From: Eledone cirrhosa
Lineage: Eukaryota
Assembly: GCA_964016885.1 (NCBI GenBank)
Contig: OZ024742.1
Location: 183,396,001 to 183,460,000 of the forward strand
Direction: 5' to 3'
Length of the DNA: 64,000 nucleotides
The notes below the pieces were generated by a model that worked only from the letters and a program-made list of their open reading frames with translations, did not search any database and was not told the DNA's origin. Both the position numbers and the translations under genes were made by a program. Below, in pieces: positions 1-18,354 of the stretch. Position 1 is the first letter of the stretch. Each line of letters opens with the position of its first letter.

Positions 1-1547
1 GACTTACCTACGACACTGACTACCTAGACAGCCATGACCTTAGATGTTTCTGCCCTAGTAGACCTATAAGAGGTAGACCCCCCACCATAACCTCAATGGC
101 TAAAAAGACTCCCATAGGAAGGTGGATTGGGTGGACCAAAGCTATACGGACCCCCCAAAACACTGATCAGGTAAGAAAAATGGTCGCACATGCAATAGGG
201 GCTAGTATCAAAACTACCCTAAAGGGCCACATATTTAAGTTCAATGAGAAAATCTACACCCAAAATGAGGGAGCAGCCATCGGCGTCAGCATAGCTGGTA
301 ATGTTGCCAACCTTTTCATGGTATGGTGGGAAAGGAGACTTAAAGATCTCCTTAATGAAAGCTCCATAGACCTCATCATGTACTCTCGTTATGTAGACGA
401 TATCAATATAGTTATAAGAACACCCCCACTAGAGAGCACTAACAAGTTTGATTTAGAACGTAGCACGATGGAAAGCATCCAGCAGATAGCTAATTCCATA
501 CACCAGAGTATAACTGTAACTATAGACTTCCCTTCCAAACACCATAACAATAGACTACCTGTATTAGACACAGAACTCTGGATTAACACTATAGACGAGA
601 GAGCCCAAATTCTCCACTCACACTATGCTAAACCCATGGCCTCCAAATACCTGATACTCAAAAACTCAGCAATGTCCAGTAGTGCTAAGTTTAATATTCT
701 GATCGCAGATTTGGTACGAGTGATGAAGAATGTGTCCAGCATGTGCGACCCAACAGAAATGGAAGGACACATCCAACACTTCATCAACCGCATGCAGTTC
801 TCTGGCTACAACCAAAGAGACAGAGTCAGAGTATACGAAGGAGCCATGGAAAAGTATAAGACCCTCATAGAACTGGACATGAAAGGAATTTGCCCACTAT
901 ACAGGAGCAAATCATGGAATAGCTTAGATAGGGCTAGACATAAGATAGGGAAGGCCACATCATGGTACGACAACCAGAGATATCAGAGTGTCATGTTTGT
1001 GGACGCCACCCCTGGAGGGAAATTAGCTAACCAGTGTAGAAAGGCCCTGAGAAAGACCCACTTAAAAATAAAGGTGGTAGAAAAGCCAGGAACCACCATA
1101 AAATCCCTGATCAGCAAAACCTACCCTTTTAAGGAAACCCACTGTACCAATAGGAAATGTATCATTTGTAAGGTGAACCCCCGGATAAACTGTAAAACTA
1201 GAAACGTACTCTATAGCATAAGATGTACATAGGGTACTTGCAGAAACATGACAACAACATACATAGGTGAGACAGCTCGTAGCATAGGTGAAAGGATAGA
1301 CCAACACTGGGGGGAACTAAAAGGACGAAAAAACGGGTCAGTACTATACGAACATGCTAGACAACAACATGACGGTAACATAGACAACATAGAAATTAGA
1401 ATAATATCTAAACATAGGAATGACCCAGCAGATAGACAAATCAGAGAGGCCAGTGAAATAGAAATTAGAAGACCAAAGCTAAACAGAAAGAATGAGTGGA
1501 ACAACAACAACACCCAAACAAACAACACTGACCTAAGAGAAGTATAA
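1..1547 (+). pseudogene. PLE reverse transcriptase, Cys-rich linker and GIY-YIG endonuclease, with one in-frame stop
   Basis: Motifs YTQNEGAAIG, YSRYVDD, LPVLD, CxxxxCxxC, VLYSIRC..YIGET..R..QH, E..I..RPKLN. TAG at 1230-1232 where copy 2 has GAG. Confidence 0.92.
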
Positions 1548-1779
1548 ATAAGTAAATAAAATTAAATAAAATAAGATAAATAAATACATACACAAGCACA
1601 TAAACACACACTAGTCACCCAGCAGACACAACACTATACACACTAGTCACACATCACACTATACACACACGCAAACGCATGCGCAAAGAAGACAAAAAAA
1701 AATAAGATAAACAAACAAGCAAATAAATAAATAAATATATAGACAGACTGAACAAAAAAAAATGGCGTAGACATACAAC

Positions 1780-1780
<1 letters not shown>
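1..1780 (+). mobile_element. Penelope-like retroelement, copy 1 (cut by window start; 3' end runs into a TA array before the HHR)
   Basis: Very similar to 30600-32325. The 3' UTR ends at AATGGCGTAGACATACAA, then (TA)n. Confidence 0.92.
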
Positions 1781-3225
<1,445 letters not shown>

Positions 3226-3635
3226 CGGGAGAGATGACCCCTTAGCCTTTGTCAAGGCAGAATTCTAGGAGAAGGAAAACTCTGATATAACACCTGCAAC
3301 CCTAATGGTATCCAATGATGTTGAATTGTTCTTCTTTTTGGTAAATATCATCTTGGTTAAGAGAGTGGGACTGGCTTTGTGCAGTGCCTTTGCTCACTAT
3401 AAAAGCTTCACAGCACAGGCATTGCTTTATATCTGGAGATCTCTCTGCACTTGTCGTCACATGGTACCATGGGCCCAGCACTATGTGTCAATAATTGTCA
3501 CAAGTGTAGTGTTTGTACCAGAGTTTTCAAGTCGCTGGCTGGACTAAAAAGTCACACTCGTTCAGCGCATTGGTAGGGGTTCTCCTACATGGATATAAAG
3601 TAGTGGCCGTACTCGAAAACGAGTTGGCAGCCGCC

Positions 3636-3637
<2 letters not shown>
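3226..3637 (+). mobile_element. Non-autonomous retroposon (RTE-related UTR-like family), 5'-truncated
   Basis: Near-identical reverse complement of 8274-8685 and 63141-63552. The RTE link and the orientation are inferred from the (ATGT)n tail of other copies. Confidence 0.6.
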
Positions 3638-4173
<536 letters not shown>

Positions 4174-4202
4174 GAGATCAAAAGATGGTTAAATGAGTTC
4201 CA

Positions 4203-4268
4203 TGTATTATGCGCATTTCAAAAACAAATATCATCATGCAATAACATTTGTGTTTTCATCAGATAAAA
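4203..4268 (-). ncRNA. Hammerhead ribozyme motif, family B (in fragment 4174-4312)
   Basis: Minus strand: TTTTAT CTGATGA [stem II] GAA ATGCGCAT A ATACA. Stem I has one mismatch. Confidence 0.7.
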
Positions 4269-4311
4269 TAGGACATGATATGAAGGTTAAAAAACACTTG
4301 TGGATAGTGCA

Positions 4312-4353
<42 letters not shown>

Positions 4354-4390
4354 CTACGTATATATATATGTATATATATATATATAGATG

Positions 4391-4441
4391 AGATTCTACA
4401 GGACTAGAACTGTTTCATTCTTTAGAAATCATCAGGAATCT
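4391..4441 (-). ncRNA. Hammerhead ribozyme motif, family A
   Basis: Exact reverse complement of 4485-4535. Confidence 0.8.
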
Positions 4442-4484
4442 GGGTATCAAAAAATAAGTATGGTATATATATTTTTTGATACCC

Positions 4485-4535
4485 AGATTCCTGATGATTT
4501 CTAAAGAATGAAACAGTTCTAGTCCTGTAGAATCT
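4485..4535 (+). ncRNA. Hammerhead ribozyme motif, family A
   Basis: AGATTC CTGATGA T-TTC-TAAA-GAA-T GAA ACAG-TTCTAGTC-CTGT A GAATCT: 6-bp stem I, 4-bp stem III, GUA site. Confidence 0.8.
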
Positions 4536-4775
4536 CATCTATATTAAAACTTTTATACTCTGCAATGTATTGAGTACCTTACTTACTGTGGTTACTTCCG
4601 ATTCAACCCGGAATAAGGTACTATATATATATATATATATATATAATGTAGGAGGTGAGTTTTATTGTAGTACAATAAAGCAATGCAGATATCGGATAAT
4701 AAACACTCTACAGTTTGTAGGACTGGAGTATACATAATATATAAGAACAAAAGATGGTTAAAAGAGTTCCATTTA

Positions 4776-4842
4776 TTTTATTATGCGCATTTCAAAAACA
4801 AATATCATCATGCAATAATATTTGTGTTTTCATCAGATAAAA
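4776..4842 (-). ncRNA. Hammerhead ribozyme motif, family B (in hairpin element 4645-5060)
   Basis: Minus strand: TTTTAT CTGATGA AAACACAAATAT..ATATTTGTTTTT GAA ATGCGCAT A ATAAAA. Stem III is palindromic. Confidence 0.8.
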
Positions 4843-4951
4843 CATGAAGACATGATATGAAGGTTAAAAAACACTATGTTAAAAAACACTATGTTGATTT
4901 AAAACTGAACTATCCACAAGTGTTTTTTAACCTTCATATCATGTCTTCATG

Positions 4952-5018
4952 TTTTATCTGATGAAAACACAAATATTATTGCATGATGATATTTGTTTTT
5001 GGAATGCGCATAATAAAA
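4952..5018 (+). ncRNA. Hammerhead motif, family B, core-mutated (GAAA to GGAA)
   Basis: Inverted copy of 4776-4842. Confidence 0.6.
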
Positions 5019-5049
5019 TACATGGAACTCTTTTAACCATCTTTTGTTC

Positions 5050-8273
<3,224 letters not shown>

Positions 8274-8274
<1 letters not shown>

Positions 8275-8885
8275 TGGTGGCTGCCAACTCGTTTTCGAGT
8301 ACGGCCACTACTTTATATCCATATAGGAGAACCCCTACCGATGCACTGAACGAGTGTGACCTTTTAGTCCAGCCAGCGACTTGAAAACTCTGGTACAAAC
8401 ACTACACTTGTGACAAATATTGACACATAGTGCTGGGGCCATGGTACCCTGTGACGACAAGTGCAGAGAGATCTCCAGATATAAAGCAATGCCTGTGCCG
8501 TGAAGCTTTTATAGTGAGCAAAGGCACTGCACAAAGCCAGTCCACTCTCTTAACCAAGATGATATTTACCAAAAAGAAGAACAAGTCAACATCATTGGAT
8601 ACCATCAGAGTTGCAGGTGTTATATCAGAGTTTTCCTTCTCCTAGAATTCTGCCTTGACAAAGGCTAAGGGGTCATCTCTCCCGGTGATTTTGGATGGCC
8701 ATTGACTCTTAAGAGCTCCTTTGCCCTTTGACAGGTCTTGTTTTTAGTCCTGCAGGATGTCCAAAGTCACCCTCCTCACCAAGAAACCTTGGTGGGGTTG
8801 CCAGTTTAGTCGCCAACGACCCGACCATGGGACAGGTTGTACTGGGATACATGTTACCAGTAGCACCAACTGGTGACCTGACATG
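8274..8885 (-). mobile_element. Non-autonomous retroposon (RTE-related UTR-like family)
   Basis: Matches 63141-63725 over about 585 bp and the reverse complement of 3226-3637. Confidence 0.6.
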
Positions 8886-9211
<326 letters not shown>

Positions 9212-9223
9212 ATATATATATAT

Positions 9224-9423
9224 NNNNNNNNNNNNNNNNNNNNNNNNNNNNNNNNNNNNNNNNNNNNNNNNNNNNNNNNNNNNNNNNNNNNNNNNNNNNN
9301 NNNNNNNNNNNNNNNNNNNNNNNNNNNNNNNNNNNNNNNNNNNNNNNNNNNNNNNNNNNNNNNNNNNNNNNNNNNNNNNNNNNNNNNNNNNNNNNNNNNN
9401 NNNNNNNNNNNNNNNNNNNNNNN
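9224..9423. other. Assembly gap (200 N) following a TA array
   Basis: Run of N. Confidence 1.
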
Positions 9424-9690
9424 AATCCGAACCTGAAGATGTCGCCAGGATGTTACGGAACAAGGCCATTCAAATATATATAGCGTTTTTTTGCAAAAAT
9501 AAAACTAAAGGGATACCACCAGTCCGACCTTCTGTTATTTTAAATCAGTATTTGACTCCGTTCCTGCGCCAGCCATAGGATTCAACATCAATGGTGGATG
9601 AGTTGCGTAACGTAGAGTGATTTTCCTACAATTACATCAAGATTATCTAAACAGAATGACCTGTACTATCCTTTTGTGATCCCACAAAAT

Positions 9691-9729
<39 letters not shown>

Positions 9730-10054
9730 CATATAAATAAAAATGTAACTAGGAAATAAGTTTAATTATTTGGAAGCTCAACAATGCGTGTGAGATTATT
9801 TGTGCCAAGGTATTAAGAATTAGAGGAAATAGGTCAAAAGAACTGAGAAAAAAGAGTGAGAACAGTAGAATTTTACCTTAGCAATTTTAAATTTTCGGAT
9901 TTACCATCAAGAGAAGCCGTGAGGGACGGGCTCAGAGAGCAATCTGATAAGATATGATGTTATTAATAAAAAAATAAGCAGACCATTATTCAAGTTAGTA
10001 CTCCATACTGTAAAGAAAGTAAACTGCGAATACCATACATAAATAAATGCAATT

Positions 10055-10125
<71 letters not shown>

Positions 10126-10366
10126 CAAAACACACACATATATTTACATATAAATAAACACACATACACACACACACATATATATATATATATATGGCTA
10201 CACCCACATGCAAATTTCTATGTGAGTGTCTGCATGGCTTTCTGGTTTATTGACTCTCGCTTTCTCTTTCTGAGTTTCTACCTCTTAGTCTTTTTCACTC
10301 TCCCTTCAACTCTCGTTAGGTCTTCTATCTCTTTCTCTGTCTTTATGTCACTTTCTCTCTCACTAA

Positions 10367-10439
<73 letters not shown>

Positions 10440-11449
10440 CTCTTCTCCCCCCTCTCTCTCTGGGAAACTCTTGGTGTATCTATTTTGACAACAATAACCG
10501 AAATGTCAAATACATCATTACAAGTTCGTATCGTTGTCCAGTTACCAACGATATTTTGCTTTTTATTTGGAAGCAATTCGATAATATCACTCTCCTAGAA
10601 TAGCGGCTATACCGGCTATGGCGTATTCGAGAGTTGATTAAATATCATTAAATATCATTATAATATAATACCAGTAATGCACTGGGTAATTGCTGGCCTT
10701 GTGCCTAAAGTAGAAACAATTATAATATAATTTAAAAATATCTGTACGTGTTGGAATATCATTGAAGGTGCTACGCTAGACCGTTTCAATTATGTTTATA
10801 TCCCATGCTTACAACCTTCGTTGTAATAAATTAAATAAGCATCAAAATGAAATATATCGATGCGAGTTCATATCATTTACAAGAAAAAAATGTTGACCAA
10901 ATATGGTAGTTGTGATTACTCTAGGTATGTGTGTACACCGTTATTGTTGCTTCTATCTGTTGACCAAATGTGGTATCTTTGATTACTCTAAATATTTTTG
11001 TACACTATTGTTGTTGGTATGGTATGGTCTCGTAGGGGCATTGTAGAGGCATACAGCTTTTCTTGGGAATTTTAAGCCTGGCGGAGCCCATCCTTCTCCA
11101 GGTTTGAAAACAACAGGTTTCTTCCAGAGAGGGATAGAAAGTCAGAGAGAAGAAGTGTGCAATTGATATAGAGGAAGAATCTATCCCAGTACTAGACTTG
11201 TACTCTTTTTTATCAACATTGACAGGATGAATACCGGACCGAATACCAGAAAGCACTCTATTCGACGTTCTAACGACTCCGCGAATTCGTCGCCATACAC
11301 TATTGTTGTTACTTTTGATCAAATGTGGTACCTGTGATTGCTTGAAATATGTTTCTACACTATACAGCTTCTGCTGACCTACAGTAAATGATGATGAAGT
11401 ATTGTATGTAACTACCAGCCTTATTTGTCGTCTGATATTTAGTTACGAT

Positions 11450-11690
11450 TTTCAACGATCTTAGTTCAAATCCTGCCATGTTTGCCTTTGCCTTTCATCC
11501 TTACGGAGTCGATAAAATAAAGGATCAGTAATGAACTGGGGTCGATTTAATCGACTTTCACCTCCCACCAAAATTGTTGGCCTTGTGCCTGAATCAGAAA
11601 CCATTATTTGTCTTTTGATATATAGTTACGTTCTGAGTTAAAATCCCGCCGAGGATAGCTTTGCGCTTCATCCTTACCGGGTTAAGAAAA
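11450..11690 (+). mobile_element. Two tRNA-derived SINE fragments
   Basis: B-box-like AGTTCAAATCC followed by GCCTTTCATCCTTACGGAGTCGATAAAATAAAG and tail GGCCTTGTGCC..AGAAAC. Confidence 0.75.
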
Positions 11691-11699
11691 TCTGTGTTT

Positions 11700-12500
11700 T
11701 AATCTGTCTGTATGTTTTGTGGGGATGTGGATAAAGTTGAAAGGAGTGGGTGAGAAGACGGGTCCCTGTTCTATACCTTTCTGGAAATTGCAGGAGTTGT
11801 TCTTGTACATTACATAGGTCTTGACAAATAGTTTGTTATCCAGTATTTCGTGCCTTTTCTTAAGGAGATGTTATTTTACTTGAGTTTTCTTGGGCTTTAG
11901 CAATGTTAAAACTTTTACCCAAATATCCAAATATTTGCCTGATAGCATCCTTTTCGTGTCGTTCGCTGTCAAAACTTCCGGTGACCTCGGTTCCCCGGAC
12001 TGCATTTTACCGCCCCCAAATCAGGAGGAGTGCATCTCGCTTGAGGAAGTATGTCCGTGAGGTGGAGTGGCTGATGCAATAGGTATCGCTGACTGTTCTT
12101 CGCCGAAATGCTTTTGCTATTTTGTTCGCGGGTCATAGCTGAGATATACCGCATAGACTGGAGTGTAAAGTGTTCCCCTCCTGTCCTTTCCTTTGTATTT
12201 TTTTAATTATTTGATTTTTTTTTCTTTCTTCCAATTTTACTCATATTCTGGAAATTTATCAGCGTTACTACGAATAGTTGTAGATGTTGGTGAGTGCAGG
12301 GATTCCTTTAGGCTGTGGGTGGTTTATCTGTATGTTTGTAATTTTCTTTGAACCTAAAGATTTTGAGGTTTCAGATTCCTTTATTGAGATTTCGTGAAGA
12401 GGTGCGACAAAATCGCACGCTAGGTGGAAGATGCGTATTCTTCGTTTTATATTCCCAGCTGTAAATGGTGCACACATGGTATTGTAGTGATGGGACATTG
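11700..12500 (-). pseudogene. Decayed non-LTR retrotransposon RT (I/Jockey-like)
   Basis: Ordered degenerate RT motifs on the minus strand: SKSLGSKKIT..LTNIYNYS, MRYISAMT..SK..DILPQ, and KGIEQGPVFSPTPFNFI (equivalent of GVPQGSVLSPLLFN). Confidence 0.7.
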
Positions 12501-12787
12501 TTTGCTGTGGTTATTGTGACGACGAAGCCTCAACGCATTCGCTCAACCTACTAGAAATAACAACCAAATCATCGTCAAATACAACCCTAACGTATTATAA
12601 CAATGGTTAAAAATGCATATGAAGAAATATTTATTTTATAGCATGAGAAGCCCTCTGATGATTAACGACTTCCCACAATGTTAGATGTCTTAACTAGTTA
12701 AGATATTTGATATTGGTCTTATGCTATGATAAAGCAGTTGGGGTAATTGGAGTGAGTAATATTAATTGGTGGATTGGCAGTATCGGT

Positions 12788-12915
12788 AGAGGGTCGGACG
12801 CCATGCTTTGACGCATAGAGTTATGGCCCTTGCCATTCTGAGTTCAAATCCCGCCGAGGTTAACTTTGCCTCTCATCCTTACGGGGTAAAAAAAATAAAG
12901 GTAGAAACAATTATT
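12788..12915 (+). mobile_element. tRNA-derived SINE
   Basis: A box TGGCAGTATCGG, B box GAGTTCAAATCC, body GCCTCTCATCCTTACGGGG. Confidence 0.8.
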
Positions 12916-13069
12916 AATTCTTCTGAATTTATTTTCTAACATCTACCATTTATGAATATATATCATATGATCTATTCATTGAGCCATCCCTGTCACTGTT
13001 GGACACACACACACACACACACATATATGTATATGATAATTATCTCTCTCCCTCCCTCCCCCTCTCTCC

Positions 13070-13112
<43 letters not shown>

Positions 13113-13118
<6 letters not shown>

Positions 13119-13233
13119 TTCTCTCGAATGAAACAGTTCTAGTCCTGTAGAAGCCTTTTATATATTAAATATCTATACTCTACTTTGCATTGAGTACCTT
13201 ACTTACTGTGGTTACCCCCGATTGAACCCGGGA
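13113..13233 (+). mobile_element. Family A HHR element, 5'-truncated inside the ribozyme core
   Basis: Similar to 4494-4613. Confidence 0.7.
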
Positions 13234-13325
13234 GGTCAACATGAATGGACCTGTTATTTTTATCTAAACACATTTTTTCCAATTCCATCCGCCCGTCCCC
13301 TCAATCTATTTTATTTCTCATTCTT

Positions 13326-13361
13326 TCTTCTGATGAAGGGCTAGCGTCCGAAACGTTAAAA
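13326..13361 (+). ncRNA. Minimal hammerhead motif, family E (element about 13240-13447)
   Basis: TCTT CTGATGA A GGGC-TAGC-GTCC GAA ACGT T AAAA. A second copy lies at 21475-21510. Confidence 0.65.
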
Positions 13362-13445
13362 CCCTCTTCCTGCTATATCAAGCGTTAACTTAATATATAC
13401 CTTCCATATACTGTGCCGATTGTGTTGTTATTTCTGTTTACCTTT

Positions 13446-13531
<86 letters not shown>

Positions 13532-13842
13532 GAAATTTCGCTTCATTTTTTCCATTTATATATATATATATATAAATGGAAAAAATGAAGCAAAATTTCA
13601 TTTCTCACTCTTAGTACGGCTGTTACTTAAATGTAAGTATGTATACGTACATACATATATGTATACAGACGTACAGTAGTATGTATATATATACATACAT
13701 GCACACATATATATATGTACGTATCGTTTTTACCGAACATTTATTATAATGCTCGGTTTGTTTGGAAACAAACAAACACTCGAATTAAGCCGTACAGTGT
13801 TTAACAACCATCGTTGCCCATTTGTTCAAAACTGACAAAGGA

Positions 13843-13885
13843 ACGATGTACTAGTTTCAAGCTTATTAGCTATCGTCAGCATCGT
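13843..13885 (-). ncRNA. Hammerhead ribozyme motif, family C
   Basis: Exact reverse complement of 13982-14024. Confidence 0.85.
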
Positions 13886-13981
13886 ATACCTTCCTGCCAG
13901 ATGATTGAACGTCTGAAAGTATATACTTTCCTTATGCATATTAAGGGCAGGAAGGTATAAAATCATCTGGCAGGAAGGTTT

Positions 13982-14024
13982 ACGATGCTGACGATAGCTA
14001 ATAAGCTTGAAACTAGTACATCGT
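13982..14024 (+). ncRNA. Hammerhead ribozyme motif, family C (in inverted repeat about 13630-14240)
   Basis: ACGATG CTGACGA T-AGCT-AATA-AGCT-T GAA ACTAGT A CATCGT. Confidence 0.85.
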
Positions 14025-14236
14025 TCCTTTGTCAGTGTTGAACAAATGGGCAACGATGGTTGTTAAACACTGTACGGCTTAATTCGGGCTGTTTGTTTGT
14101 TTACAAACAAACCGAGCATTATAATAAATGTTCGGTAAAAACGATACGTACATATATATATATGTGTGCATGTATGTATATATATATATACATACTACTG
14201 TACGTCTGTATACATATATATATGTACGTATACATA

Positions 14237-14302
<66 letters not shown>

Positions 14303-14343
14303 ATGATATTAAAAAATGGAAACTATATTTATAAAACTATATT

Positions 14344-14404
14344 TATTCAATTATATATATTTCGAGGGTACCAAAATTTTGGTACGCTATCATCAGATAA
14401 AATA
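14344..14404 (-). ncRNA. Hammerhead motif, family D
   Basis: Inverted copy of 14502-14562. Confidence 0.7.
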
Positions 14405-14501
14405 CAAAATGTTTTATAAATATTTGACATGACCAAAGATAATATACCTTAACGGTCCAATTATTATCCTTGGTCATGTCAAATATTTATAAAACATATT
14501 G

Positions 14502-14562
14502 TATTTTATCTGATGATAGCGTACCAAAATTTTGGTACCCTTGAAATATATATAATTGAATA
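14502..14562 (+). ncRNA. Hammerhead motif, family D (hairpin element about 14302-14697)
   Basis: TATTTTAT CTGATGA TAG-C-GTACCAAAATTTTGGTAC-C-CTT GAA ATATATAT A ATTGAATA. Confidence 0.7.
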
Positions 14563-14715
14563 AATATAGTTTTATAAATATAGTTTCCATTTTTTAATAT
14601 CATTGAATATTTACTCCAGAAAACTGTCGAGTGCTCTGAATCAGTTATAAACATTTATATTTATTTGTTGTATTTCCAACAAATAACGTTCTACTTATAT
14701 GTATGTATGTATATA

Positions 14716-14755
<40 letters not shown>

Positions 14756-14852
14756 AGTGGTTTCTTAAAGACAGATATTTATATCTGTCTTCAGTCGTCA
14801 TGGTGCTTTTATTAAATATGGATTTATTAAATATGGATATATATATATATAT

Positions 14853-15301
14853 ATACACACACACACGCACACACACAGATACACACAGACACACACGCAC
14901 ACACAGATACGCACATATACACACACACACACGCACACACATACACATACGCGCGCACACACACACACACACACAGATACACACGCACACACAGATACAC
15001 ACACACACACGCACTCGCACACATACACACACACGCGCACACACACACAGATACACACAGACAAACACACACATATACACACACACACAGATACACACAG
15101 ACACACACGCACACACAGATACACACACATATACACACACATACACACGCACACATACACACGCGCACACACACACAGATACACACGCACACACACATAC
15201 ACACATATACACACACACGCGCACACACACGCACACACACACATACACACACGCGCACACACACACACAGATACACACACACAGCAACACACACACACAC
15301 A

Positions 15302-15366
<65 letters not shown>
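14853..15366. repeat. Compound (CA)n microsatellite
   Basis: Seen directly. Confidence 0.97.
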
Positions 15367-15370
<4 letters not shown>

Positions 15371-15682
15371 GTATATATTTGGCTGCGTCGGTGTGCGGGC
15401 GTACGTATATGTGCATGAGGTAAACATTAAGAACCAGATTGTATGTCTATAAATGTCTGAACGTGTGTCCTTGTGTATGCGCCACTTTCCTCTCTTTTCT
15501 GTGTGTGTCTGTGTGCGCGAGTACGTGTGTGTGTTGGTGTACGTCCGTGTATATGTGAGTATGCATCTATGTATGTATGTATGTGTCATATGTGCTCCAA
15601 TATTTAGAAATCTATTTGCATTACTATACATCTGTGTCTAAGTGTATATGCGTTTCTCTTTCTAAATGTGTGACTGTCCCTG

Positions 15683-15730
<48 letters not shown>

Positions 15731-16552
15731 TCTCGTGTGTGTGTGTATGTCAGTTTCTTTCTCTCACCATTTCCGTGTGTATTTATATGTGTAGCTTCGC
15801 CACTCTATACATGCGAATTTTATTCACTATCTCCCACTCACTTCCACTATATGCATGCGTGTATATATCTGAGTGTGCAGGCTTCTCCCCCCCCCCTCCC
15901 TCTCTCTCTCTTTCTCTCTCTCTCCCTCTCTCTTTCACTCTCTCACTCTCTCATTCTCACCCTCTCAATCATTCCTCGAGTATGTATGAACGTATCTCCA
16001 CCTCTCTCTATGTTTGCATGTTTTTCTTTCTGTCTCTCGCTTACTCTCTCACTATGCACGCTTGTATCTCTCTCTGAATATGTGTGTATCGTTGCCTCTC
16101 TCTCTCTATCTATGTATGCAAATCTCACTCCTCTATCTATATGTAAGTGGTATTACTACTTCTGGTGGCCATATTATATATCGCCCATCGTTATAGTTGT
16201 CTCATTTTCTTCTACTCCTACATCTCCACCTCCGTCTTCGTCTCGCCACAACCTTCTCCACCTCCAACTCTACTTCACACACACACACACACACACACAA
16301 TTCTCTCTTTCTCTCTCTTTCCCTCTCTCTATCTCACTGGTTATCTCAGTACACTGGCAAATCTCATAGCAGTCTCACTACAGTCGCCATATATTTCCTC
16401 AAGCTTCATTGTGTCAGCGAAGACATGTGAATGTACGTGCGTGTGTGCCCGTGTGCGCGCGCGACTGTGTGCACTAGCGAGCGTGTGTGAACACACACTC
16501 ACACACACACTCAAGCGCGCACGCGCGCGCGCACACACACACACACACACAC

Positions 16553-16680
16553 ATGATGATTTCCTTCAAATGAAACAGTTCAGGTCCTGAAGAAGCCATT
16601 TCTATATTAAATGTTGTATATACTCTACTATGTATTGGGTACCTTACTTTCTGTGGTTACCCTCGGTTGAACCAGGGATA
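16553..16680 (+). mobile_element. Family A HHR element, degenerate and truncated
   Basis: TGATGATTTCC..GAAACAGTTCAGGTCCTG..TATTGGGTACCTTAC..GAACCAGGG. Confidence 0.65.
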
Positions 16681-16704
16681 CACATACACACGCACACACG
16701 CACG

Positions 16705-16897
<193 letters not shown>

Positions 16898-17244
16898 AGA
16901 CATGCACATATGCTTTCATGCATACATTAATTCATTTATACATACATAAATAACTTACAAACACGTATGCATGCATGCATGCATACACACAATCACACGT
17001 ACATACATACGTTCACATATACGGATACACACCATGTATGACGTAGACGCCTGTGTATATATAAACCAGTGTATGTGAGCAGCGTGTGCGTATGTATGTG
17101 TTGCATGTGGTAGGTTAATTGGGGGGGAGAGAGAAAGAGAGAAAGAGAAATAGATAGCTGAGTAGATTGACATATATACAAGCATTCTCTAACGCTCACA
17201 CAGGCATGGCAGACATGTATATAAATATATACACATACATACGC

Positions 17245-17290
<46 letters not shown>

Positions 17291-17292
<2 letters not shown>

Positions 17293-17444
17293 CGAAGGAA
17301 ATGTGGTAAGGAACCAGGTGGACCATAACGCACCAAAGTACTCAATACTTGAGGTAGTAGAGTGGGTAATAGGAACCAGTAAGACCCCGACAGCTGAGCA
17401 GCCGTCGAAACGGCTTGAGCTCAGCTGTCGGGGTCTTACTGGTT

Positions 17445-17535
<91 letters not shown>

Positions 17536-17567
17536 GGCTTTTTGCTATAATATTTTCTATACCTTTC

Positions 17568-17625
<58 letters not shown>

Positions 17626-17821
17626 CGAAAGAATTGTGGTAAGGAACCAGATGGACCATAACGTATCAAAGTACTCAATACTTAGGGTAGTAGTGTGGGT
17701 AACAGGAGGAACAAGTATGACCCCGACGGCAGAGCTCAAGCCGTTTCGACGGCTATTTCTGGACTCAGTCCAGGAAATAGCCGTCGAAACGGCTTGAGCT
17801 CTGCCGTCGGGGTCATACTTG

Positions 17822-17826
<5 letters not shown>
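17291..17826 (-). mobile_element. Two copies (17291-17447, 17624-17826) of short hairpin element family F3 in TA tracts
   Basis: AACGAAGGAAATGTGGTAAGGAACCAGG..GACCCCGACAGC followed by an inverted arm; 8 copies in the window. Confidence 0.85.
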
Positions 17827-17872
<46 letters not shown>

Positions 17873-17890
17873 TAAATATATATATATATA

Positions 17891-17974
<84 letters not shown>

Positions 17975-18234
17975 GAGGACAGGGTGAGATTGAGACAGAG
18001 AAATAGGTAGATGGTAGATAGATAAAAAGAGAAACACAGAGAGAGACAGAAAGACATATACATATACACAATCATACATAAACACATACACACACATATA
18101 CTCATACAAATATGACCGACAGCCAGTCATGTTATGTATTCCAATTATGTGATGTGATTTCAGTAACATACATACACACTTAAGTGCACTTTCTCTCTCT
18201 CTCTCTTTATATATGTGTGTGTGTGTGTGTGTGT

Positions 18235-18354
18235 ACAAAGAAGAAAGACCGTGGCATATGGAGAGATGCTCTGCAGAATAGGGCCCGTCCCACCCTTGCA
18301 AGCAGGGAAAAGCGGACGTAAAATCATGATGATGATGATGTTGATGATAATGAT

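Noticed and set aside
11005-11322. 105-aa minus-strand ORF as a host exon
   Set aside because: No recognisable domain. It lies downstream of the decayed RT on the same strand and is probably more LINE debris, but I cannot assign it.
12650-12712. CTGATGA plus stem plus palindrome TCTTAACTAGTTAAGA
   Set aside because: No GAAA and no stem I pairing; at best a very decayed hammerhead.
12788-12860. tRNA gene
   Set aside because: A and B boxes belong to a SINE head. No cloverleaf, and the SINE body follows.
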